Below, piece by piece: positions 10,944 through 20,055 of a stretch of DNA of 28,165 bases. The translations under genes were made by a program, and so were the position numbers. The stretch is from Azolla caroliniana. Taxonomy: Eukaryota > Plantae > Polypodiophyta. The notes beneath the pieces were generated by a model. It did no database searches, had not been told where the DNA came from, and was given only the letters and a program-made list of their open reading frames with translations. Positions within the stretch are counted from its first letter, which is position 1. The number at the start of each line of letters is the position of its first letter. The stretch spans positions 1-28,165 of the forward strand of contig JBHGNT010000402.1 of the NCBI GenBank assembly GCA_043228905.1, read 5' to 3'.

Positions 10944-13094
10944 CTACGGTGACTCCGACTTTGGCTTCAAATGGCCGGGTGTAGTCCTATTGTCCCCCCT
11001 CAAGCTCGGTTGGTCAATGGTCGAAAGATCCCGGATTGTCATGAACTGCCACAGCTTGTCGACTCCCAAGGCCTTGGTGAAGATGTTGGCCATCAGTAGG
11101 TTTGTGTTAATGTATTGTAGGTCGACATCCCCGGCCAGAGCATGCTCTCGGATGAAGTGATAGTGCACTTCGATGTGCTTAGTTCGAGCATGGAAGATTG
11201 GGTTCCGAGCGAGGTGAATACTGCTCATGTTGTCGCAGTAGAGGAGAATTGGATCCTTTATGGGAACACCCAGATCCTTCAAGATTCTCTTAAGCCCAAC
11301 GGCTTCGCGTATAGCTACGGGCGTGCCCCTGTATTCGGCTTCGGTGCTCGATAGTGCGACTGTCGGTTGTTTCTTACTACTCCACGATATGGCACCACTG
11401 CCGAGAGAAAAGACAAATCCGAATGACGATCATCGGTTGCCTCTGTAACTGGCCTAGTCGGCATCGGTATAACCTTCGAGTCATACTGGTGTGGTCGATT
11501 TGTAAAGGATGCCGAAATCCATGGGTGTTCCACTCACGTACCTTAGCACTCGCTTAGCACAGTCGAGATGGATGTCTCGCGGAGTTTGCATAAATTGGCT
11601 AAGGAGGCCAACCAGGTAACTCAGGTCGGGTCATGTAATTGTGAGGTAGATGAGGCTTCCGACTAGTTGACGATAATGTGTCGGCTCACACTCTCTAGTG
11701 CCTGAGTCGGCATCTAGCTTTAGATTTCGATCGAGAGGAATAGTGACGGGCTTACACCGTGTCATCCCAAACTTGTAAAGAAGATTGAGGGTATAATGCT
11801 TTTGAGAGAGCATGATGTCGTCTAGAGTCCAAATTACTTCTATTCTTAGAAAGTCATGGAGCTCCTTCATATCGGTCATTTCGAATCAGTTGGAGAGGAG
11901 CTTCTTGATGTGCTCAATATCCGCTAAATGCTCTCCTCCTATGACCAAATCATCCACATAAATGATGATAAATACCTGTCCTCTGGAGTCTCTCTGGATG
12001 AACAGAGAGTTGTCAGACTTGGACATGTTGAAGCCAATTTGATGAAGATATTGCATTATCTTCAAATGTCATGCTCTCGGTGCCTGCTTCAGACCGTAGA
12101 GAGGCTTTTTGAGTCGGCAGACATCAATCAAATGCGTAGTCGACACGAATTCGGGTGGTTGCACCATGTACACCTCTTTGTCTAGCTCGCCTTGCAGAAA
12201 GGCATTCTTTACGTCCATTTGGTGGAGGTGCCACCCTTTTGCTGTTGCCAACGCAATCACGGTTTGAATTATAGTCAACTTTGCCACCGGGGCAAAGGTC
12301 TCTTCATAGTCGACATTGTGCGTCTGCGCATGCCCCTTTGCCACAAGCTGAGCCTTGTACCGATGGACAATGCCGTTGGCGTTGTGCTTTATCTTGAAGA
12401 TCCACCTGCACCTGCATCCAATTGCCTTTTGGTGGTTTGAAGAATGGACGAGATCACATGTCTCGTTCTTCGAGAGTGCTTACATCTCCTCATCCATCGC
12501 TTCGACCCATCTAGGGTCTTTCACGGCTTCCGAATAGTTTTCCGGTTCTCAGACTGTCGACACCTTCATCATCAATGCATAATGATATGCCATGTAGTCG
12601 TTGTAGCCAAATCGGCTGACTACGTTCTTTTCTCAGGTGGATCGACGTGGTTCTCCTGGTGTCCTCATGATGGGCACATCCAATCTACCAAACTCACTGT
12701 CGGATAAGTGAGTCGATTAATTTCCAACTGAGTTTTCGTACTCAAGCATTTTGGCCTTTCGTTTGTCCTATTTCGAACTCGACCGTGACGTGCTTTGGTC
12801 ACTTAGATGCCCTTGCAGTCCACTCAACCTGGTTGAGATTGGACTTTCCTCTGATGTAAACCTCAGTCGATCATCCTCCTCGGCATCTGTGTCAAACTCG
12901 GTTTCGATTGTGTCGGATGGGGCTGATTTGACTATATACCAGGATGATGACTCGTCGAATACATCCCTACTCACTTGTACCTTCTTGGTGGATAGGTTGA
13001 AGCACTTATAACCTTTTTGGTCGAGTGAGTACCCTATGAGTATACATTTTTGTGACTTGAGATCGAGCTTCTACCGCAGGTTTTCGGGGATATG
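10944..13094 (-). pseudogene. Copia A pol remnant (integrase C-term, RT, RNase H)
   Basis: KCILIGYS..QKGYKCF..SRDVFDE; DYEETFAPVAK, LHQMDVKNAFLQG, LYGLKQAPRA; YRQLVGSLIYL; YCDNMSSI..ARNPIFHARTKHIEVHYHFIRE. Confidence 0.95.
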
Positions 13095-13224
13095 TGTGGA
13101 AAGTTGGTAGGTGTGTGCGTATGCGGAAGTGTATGAGAACCTGTTTGCTGACTCGGAAAACAACACTGAAAGGGAGGAAGGCAGGGAGTTACACAGAAAC
13201 GAGCTTTAATGGAAAGGTTTATTA

Positions 13225-13259
<35 letters not shown>

Positions 13260-13428
13260 AGACTTGATATACAATATCTAGTCAAGAAGATCTTTCTTTA
13301 CAACGTTTGGTTATTGCTTATATACTAAGCCCTAACTATGTGGACGAGGTTACACTAGGATACAAAGTGGAGGGAATCGACCTTTTATGCCAACTAAATT
13401 CCCCGTAAAAGGACTAATATTTCCAACA
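13095..13428 (-). repeat. 3' LTR of Copia B
   Basis: 13095-13368 aligns to 27912-28165 with about 15 substitutions and a CT-run length difference; termini TGTGGAAA...TTTCCAACA; right edge inferred from the terminal inverted repeat only. Confidence 0.85.
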
Positions 13429-13561
13429 TGTACATGTGTTTGGGGTTGTCTCCCCCATAAAATTAGATTACAACACTAATCTAGATTTATGTTACAAGTC
13501 GGTTGGCAAATAGTTGAGTCGGCATAAGTGAGGTCCGTATCGAGCGTAGCATGGCTCATTA

Positions 13562-15497
13562 TCATGATTGATTCGGTTGACTCTTACCTTCTGCTCCTCG
13601 TTCAACTTTCTTCTGCTCGGTTGCTTGTCGTAGTCCCATCTTTTTCCTTACTGCTCTGAAGCATTGATCTGGGAGTGGCTTTGTCAGGAAATCAGCGATG
13701 TTCACCTTAGAGTTGATATTCCAGACTTCGAACATCTTCTCCGTTGTGAGCTCCCGGATGTGATGATACCGCACCTCAATATGCTTTGTCTTTGTGTGAT
13801 AGACGGGATTATTGATGAGGTGTATTGCGCTCTATGAGTCGCAATAGATGGTTGGCGATAGACGGTCGGTTTGGCTTGTATCCGAGAAGTCAACAAACAG
13901 TCGGTGCAACCAGATGGCTTCCTTTGCTGCTTTCGATGCCGCTATGTACTCGACTTCTATGGTAGACAACGTCGTGCACTCTTGAAGTTTAGACCTCCAT
14001 GATATTGCACCACCAACATAGGTGAAGATGTAGCCTGATGTCGATTTCCAATTATCTATATTTCCAGCATAGTCGGAATCGGTGTAGCCTTCAACTTCGG
14101 TTTAGGTTGTCAAACTGAAAGTCAGTTGTGTATCTTCAGTTCCTCTCAGGTACCTGAAGATGTGCTTGACGGCCTCCCAATGCTTCCGTCTTGGGTTTGA
14201 CATGTACCGGCTGACCACTCCTACGGCATAGGCTAGGTCGGGTCGGGTCACCACCATTGCGTACATGATACTTCCTACGGCCGATGCGTAAGGAATCTTT
14301 CCATTAAGCTCTCTCTCCTTTTCCGTTGAAGGAGAGTCTCTGTTCGATAGTCAAATCGACGTCGGAAGCGGTGTTGGTGCTGGCTTTGCATTCTCCATAT
14401 TGAAGCGCTTCAACACCTTTCGGATATAGTCGGACTGGGAGAGTCAAAGAGTCTTGGTCATCCGATTTTGCTCGATCCTCATGCCTCGTATGTGACAGGC
14501 TTGTCCGAGTTCCTTCATCGCGAACTTGTCGTGAAGGCTCCGCTTCAGCTTTTTGATCTTTGCTTGATTGCTTCCTGCAATCAGCATATCGTCGACGTAT
14601 AGGATCAGATAAATCCTAGACTCATCCGCCAGTTGCCAAATATACATGCATGGGTTGGAGTCAGATCTATAGTATCCAAGTTCCCTGATGTAGGAATCAA
14701 ACTTCTGGTACCACATCCTCGACACTTGTTTCAAGCCATATAGGATTTTCTTTAATCGACATACGAGATGACTGTCCTCCCCCGTCGTCGTGAAACCGGC
14801 CAGTTGAGACATATATATGTCTTCTTCCAGATCTCCATGTAGAAATGTTGTCTTTACATCCAGGTGCTCTAGCTCTAGGTCGACCCCGTATTCTTGTTTG
14901 AATCCCTTCGCAACAAGCCGAGCTTTGTACTTGGGGTTATTTTTAGTCGGATACATGTTTGTATCGGAAAACCCATTTGCAGGGTAGCGGCTTCCTTCCA
15001 GCTGGTAGTTCAACCAGCTCCCATGTCTGATTTTTATGACTCGAGTCCATTTCAGATTTCATGGCCTGTTGCCATGTGTCGGCGTCCCTTGCGGCCATAA
15101 CTTCTTCATAAGTATTTGGTTCGCCTACATCGGCGTAGTTGACGTAGTCGACGCCCGGTTGATAGAACTCTGTCGGCCTTCGAGGTCGTCCAGATCCCCT
15201 AGGTGCCGAGGTAAGTGGTTCAGATTCTTCAATCAACTCTGTAGGTCGATCAATACTTGTTGAACCATTTGTGTCAGGAGTCTTGTTGGGTGACCCCCCC
15301 CAAGTTGGGATTTCAGTGGTGTCACTTTGTCCTCCCCTATGAATTTCGTCGACTCGGTTTGGTTTCCTACTCGCATCTTGTTGACTTTGCCTGCTTCCAC
15401 TCTGGTTGAATAGGCTCTGTCATTGATGGCTTTGTCTTTGAGTTCGACTAGTGGACTTCCCACCGATTCGGAGTCAACAGAGCAGGTATGTTGTCGG
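13562..15497 (-). pseudogene. Copia B pol remnant (linker, RT, RNase H)
   Basis: WQQAMKSEMDS..KNQTWELVELP.G.K...CKWVF; KARLVAKGF; LDVKTTFLHG; LYVDDMLIAG; GYTDSDYAG..STSGY; TKHIEVRYHHIRE. Confidence 0.95.
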
Positions 15498-15916
15498 TGT
15501 TAGGAACAATACTAAGACAAAGAAGGAATATAGTACTAAAAGATGAGGATTAGTATTAAGGGAGGTGTAAAACTCTTGAGAGAGGAAAGAGAGAGTGAGT
15601 GTGTGTGAGAGAGAATGATGATAACAAAAGATATATATTATGTTAAGAGAATATACAATAGTAGCTTAGGAGGCTTAAGACTGGCGTTGAACCGATTTGG
15701 TTTGAAATAATGCCTTGTGCCTCCTTTTAGAGTGTTCTCAGGAGTATTCCTGAAGTTTCTAGAATGTTCCAAAGAAATCTATAATATACATCAATTTTTT
15801 ATAGTAAAACTTAAATGAAAATAATTCCTTCGTATTACAACATATAGTCTAATGGTCAAGAGCTCGACCCATGTAACATAAGGTCATTGGTTCGAGTCTT
15901 GTCATATCATATGACA
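15498..15916 (-). repeat. 3' LTR of Gypsy C (419 bp)
   Basis: TGTTA...TGACA; aligns end to end with 25535-25957. Confidence 0.95.
15845..15899 (+). promoter_or_regulatory. tRNA-like Pol III A-box and B-box in LTR U3, antisense to the element
   Basis: TAGTCTAATGG at 15845 and GGTTCGAGTCT at 15889; 44-nt offset equals tRNA positions 8 to 52. Confidence 0.65.
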
Positions 15917-15930
15917 ATATCCCCCCCTTA
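15917..15930 (-). other. Polypurine tract of Gypsy C
   Basis: Minus strand TAAGGGGGGGATAT immediately before the 3' LTR. Confidence 0.88.
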
Positions 15931-15980
15931 CAACAACGAGTGTCATGAGTCGTTTTGGATTGAGGACCCAGTTTGTCTCG

Positions 15981-16780
15981 ATATTGATGATGGAAGTCTT
16001 CAAGAAGAGCACGAGCATTGGTCACATTCTCTATTGGTTCCCAAGTACGCTCGTTGGAACTATATCCTAGCCAATCGACTAAATAGTAGAGCTTGGTGCG
16101 AACAATCTTGGAATCGAGGATGGCGGCAACCTTGTACTCAAGTCCATCTTCAAGTTCGATCGGGGGTGGAGGTTGTTTAATACGACCTGGGATGGTATGA
16201 TAGGGTTCGAGGAGAGAACTATGAAACACCAGATGTATCCGAAGTTGTGGAGGTAGATCGAGACGAAAAACGACATCATTAATTTTTCCGATAATACAAA
16301 AAGGACCTAATCGCCGATAATCCAACTTCCCGCATGGGCGAGTAGTCTTGATGTGTTGTTGTAGTAGCCATACCCGATCTCCAATGTTAAAACTAGATGG
16401 AAGGCGATGACGATCCGCGTAAACCTTGTGTGTTTGTTGAGCTTGTTATAGATGAGTAGATAAATCTGCTTGTATCTTGCGTATCTTGCGTATCTCTGCA
16501 CAAGGATTTGTGGGTAACTCTAGGGTTTCAAATACACACCACTAGGGGTGACAGTCCGTATAAGCATAAAATGGTGTAACCTTTGTCGATGAGTGGATAG
16601 AGTTATTATATGCAAATTCAGCAAAGTGGAGAATATCTACCCAGTCATCTTGATGATAGCTTAGAAAGCACCGAAGATACTGCTCCAACGTTTGATTTGT
16701 TCGTTCTACTTGGCCGTTTGTTTGCGGGTGGTAGCCGGAGGAGAGGTTACAAGTGACCTTGAGCATTTTAAAGAGGTGCT
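15981..16780 (-). pseudogene. Gypsy C integrase C-terminal half with GPY/F motif and chromodomain
   Basis: SGYHPQTNGQVERTNQTLEQYLR, AEFAYNNS.HSST; LGPF; EYKVAAILDSK..YYLVDWLGY..ERTWEP. Confidence 0.95.
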
Positions 16781-17047
16781 TCTAGCTTTGCATAAAGACC
16801 ATGTTCTCAAAGTCATTTTAGTACTAACAGTACATGAGAATAATGCTCTTCTTAGGTCTTCGAATAAACCAGTAGATCATCCAAATAGATGATCAAACAA
16901 ACATCCAAGAGGTCTCGGAATATATCATTTGCCATGTGTTGGAAGACTGTTGGCGCATTAGTGAGGCCAAATGACATGACTGTATACTCGAAGTGCCTAT
17001 ATCTGGTGCGAAATGCGGTCTTCCATTCATCTCTTGGTTGGATCCGT
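16781..17047 (-). pseudogene. Gypsy C RT core, part downstream of insert D
   Basis: [37 protein letters not shown]. Confidence 0.93.
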
Positions 17048-18469
17048 TGTCGCGAAAATACGACAAGGATACGTGAACGTTGAGGCAAGACCCCGGGGCC
17101 TTTGACTAGAGGATATCAAATTCGTGTATTTATGTACTAAGAATTAACCGAAATGAGAAAGATTAACAAATTTCATTAACAAGTAGAAAGAAAGATTACA
17201 ATTGATCCCGAGACTGGGATTACAAAAGTTTGCTAATGGAGATGGCTAGAGTAATAGATTAGAAGAAATGAAATATGGATTTAATTAGAATATTAGGGTT
17301 TTTAGCTTTAATTCGAAAATTAGGGTTTTTGAGTTATATGGCTTTGATTAGGACATTAGGGTTTATGACTTCCGTAAGGAAATTTAGGGTTCTTGGCTTC
17401 GATAAGATAAGAGAGCTCCGAAAGAAAAGGAAAAAAATTAAGATAATATGGAGAGTCTAAGTATAGGAAAAAAATGGAATTTTATATGGGGTTCTTCCTT
17501 GATCATCTGCATGTTCACTTTTTGTTGTCTAGCCTCTACTTTTAGTTGCTTAGCTTTTTCTTTTAGTTGCATGCGACCGTCCACATGACCTTTACTTTTT
17601 GCATGCACTCCAACTTTAGTTGCTTGCGTCCACATGGCCTTTACTTTAGTTCTCTTCACTTTACTTTAGTTTGTTGCATGATCCAATCTTCCATCCGTCC
17701 GCATCCAACCTCGTTCGGTAGCCGGTTCCGCCCGATCGCTGAATCCCTCGCCGGCCGGTTCCGGTTAGCTTGCCGGTTCTAGTTCCGATTTTGCTTGCCG
17801 GCCGGTTCCGGTTTTGCTTGCCGGCCAGTTCTGGTTCTGGTTTGCTTGCCAACCGGTTCCGATTCCGGTTTGCTTGCCGGTTCCAGTTCCGATTTTGCTT
17901 GTCGACCGGTTCCGATTTTGCTTGTCGACCGGTTCCGGTTTTGCTTGCCGGCCGGTTCTGGTTCTGGTTTGCTTGCCAGCCGGTTCCGGTTTCCAGATTT
18001 GCTTACCGACCGATTTCCGGATTTGCTTGTTGGCCGGTTCCGGTTCTGGTTTGCTTGCCGATTCCAGTTCCGGAATCCAATTTTGCTTACTGACCGGTTT
18101 TCGATTTGAATGCTGGTTCCAGTTCCGGTTTTGCTTACTGGCCGGTTTCTGGTTTTTTGGGAACTTGGCCACCATCATCCATCAAGACAAAGTGGCCAAA
18201 GTGCTCTCAGCACAAATGAAAAATGAGGGAGCTCAAGGTGCTTATATAGCCAGGGCCTTAAGTTTCCTATCTATGTGGGATAGTTCTAATTGCCCTATCT
18301 TCTCAAACTTTATTTTCACATAACTTGATATGTATTTCTCCATTTTGTATATAGTAAAATACATTTTGAAGCTCTTGAGTATATCCATTTTTCTATAGTA
18401 AGCTACTAATCTAATCTATAATAATTATTTCATTATTTTTTTACATAGTGTGTGAAGATTCACACAACA
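17048..18469 (-). mobile_element. Insert D: solo-LTR-like element, 1422 bp
   Basis: TGTCGCG...CACAACA ends; CCGT duplicated at 17044-17047 and 18470-18473; removal restores host [15 protein letters not shown]; minus-strand CTATATAAG near 18241-18249 suggests orientation. Confidence 0.8.
17750..18158. repeat. GC-rich minisatellite, about 16 units of about 22-32 bp (GCCGGCCGGTTCCGGTTTTGCTT-like)
   Basis: Recurrent TTTGCTT anchors with variable numbers of CCGGTT hexamers. Confidence 0.92.
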
Positions 18470-19430
18470 CCGTATGAGGTTATATACTCCTCGTAAGTCG
18501 ATCTTTGTGAAGAACCTTGCACCATTGATCCCTTTTAAAAGACTTGAGATAAGGGGAAGTGCATACCTATTCCTGATGGTGACCTTATTCAAGCTACGGT
18601 AATCTACGACGAGACGAAGTGATCCATCCTTTTTCTTGACGAAGAAAATGGGTGCGTCGGCTAGAGATTTCGAATGTCGAATGAAACCATTTGCCAAATT
18701 CTCCTCTATATAGGCTTGAAGGACTTCTAGCTCGGTTGGTGAAAAATTGTAGATCGGTCCCCATGGTGGCTCTTTTCCCGGTTGTAAACCGATGGGGCAA
18801 TCATACGGTCGATAGTGAGGAAGCGTATTGGCTTGTACTTTATCGAACACATCGGCATAATGACGATACTTCTTTGGAAGTTGAACGGTGGACTCTTCTT
18901 TAGTGGTGTTGGAGGGTTTTACTGATACTGCGAAGAGAAACATTTCTTCCTTGTATCCTTCCTCGGGTTTGTCGATACCGGATTTCTCTTGTTCTCCAAT
19001 CTATGTCTGGGTTGTGTAATTCGAACCATGGTAATCCTAAAACAATGGGATGTTCTGGGATACTAATTATATTAAAGGATACTACACACGCTAAATTATC
19101 TAGGGCAATATTAACGGGCTTTGACTCTTCTATGATATTTCCCGAAGCAATGGGACGACCATCAATGATTACTACAAAGGCTGGACACGGGAGTATTTTT
19201 AGGGATATCTGATGAGCTTGGGAAAAATTCCTATCCATGAAGCAGGAATTAGCTCCAAAATCTAGGAGTGTTGAGACATGTACTAGAGAGGTACTTTTAG
19301 TACTAATTGTTACTTGGGCTAAGAATACATTGCTAACTTGCTTAGAGGGAATGGAACCACTAATGGGCTGCACAAATCTAGGGTTGTCCAACCAAACGAC
19401 TCCTATTTTGGCTAGACTTAGTCATTTAAC
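18470..19430 (-). pseudogene. Gypsy C protease and RT N-terminus
   Basis: LLDFGANSCFMD (mutated DSG), IVLGLPWFELHNPDIDW; LPHYRPYDC.I, APIFFVKKKDGSLRLVVDYRSLN, FTKIDLRG.YN. Confidence 0.93.
19386..19430 (-). promoter_or_regulatory. Putative gag-pol -1 ribosomal frameshift signal
   Basis: GTTAAAT heptamer, 6-nt spacer containing the gag TAA, then an 11-bp stem; protease ORF is in the -1 frame relative to gag. Confidence 0.65.
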
Positions 19431-19693
19431 TCTTCTTCTAACTGACTAACGACATCAAATTTGTTCGATAGATTTGGGCTATTAGTACTATTAGGACTAT
19501 CAGATATTCCTACTGAAATAGACTCGGGTTTAGTACAATTAGAACTAGCAACTATTTGGTTCACCTGTCTTCTTGGCCTATGGGGACAATTCATTGCAAT
19601 ATGCCCTGGTCCACCGTAATAAAGACATAGTCGATTTGCTTGGCGTCACTACTTTTCTTCTTCCAGTAATGGTCCACGACGACGTGTAGTGTC
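19418..19693 (-). pseudogene. Gypsy C gag C-terminus with decayed zinc knuckle
   Basis: RRRGPL...NRLCLYYGGPGHIAMNCP; stop at 19418-19420. Confidence 0.88.
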
Positions 19694-20036
19694 TGTTTAT
19701 GGGTGGGGGATGGAGCCAAGATCGGCTCCACCCCCCTCCCAAGGGGGTTCGAGTGTGAGAGGAGAGAGGGAGAGATGAGATGCACAGAGAGAACGAATGA
19801 GAGAGAGAGAGAGAGAGAGAATCGAGACAGACACAATTTAGAGTAACTTCGATATCATTTTTTCATGCCCCATGAGTGAGGATTTATATAATAGAAGATC
19901 TTTACAAAAAGCCGAATGGATGTAGGTACACACCTACTTACCTCACCTAACACTCAGACATTCACATTTCATATTACACCTCACACACCACCTTCCACAT
20001 TACACCTAACCCTCCCGTACACCTATACGGGTAACA
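19694..20036 (-). repeat. LTR-like left terminus of E (343 bp), orientation tentative
   Basis: TGTT...AACA ends; minus-strand TATATAAA at 19883-19890; GA microsatellite; abutted by a PBS-like motif; no second copy in window. Confidence 0.55.
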
Positions 20037-20038
20037 CC

Positions 20039-20055
20039 TGGCACGCTCGTGGGAC
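20039..20055 (+). other. tRNA-Arg PBS-like motif TGGCACGCTCGTGGGAC
   Basis: 2 nt after AACA; inverted near-copy at 24020-24036. Confidence 0.7.

Larger units (their letters stand above)
10536..13094 (-). mobile_element. Ty1/Copia element A, 3' half; interrupted in integrase by Copia B, 5' half expected beyond the window
   Basis: Minus-strand order: integrase C-terminus, RT, RNase H, PPT, LTR. Confidence 0.93.

Noticed and set aside
10909-13011. Plus-strand ORFs over Copia A
   Set aside because: Antisense shadows of the minus-strand pol sequence
15838-15910. Functional tRNA gene
   Set aside because: Promoter boxes are present but anticodon and acceptor stems do not pair; reported only as tRNA-like
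17765-18323. Several overlapping 100-170 aa ORFs
   Set aside because: Artefacts of the stop-poor CCGGTT minisatellite
19746-19754. Isolated B-box-like GGTTCGAGT in the left terminus of E
   Set aside because: No convincing A-box at tRNA spacing
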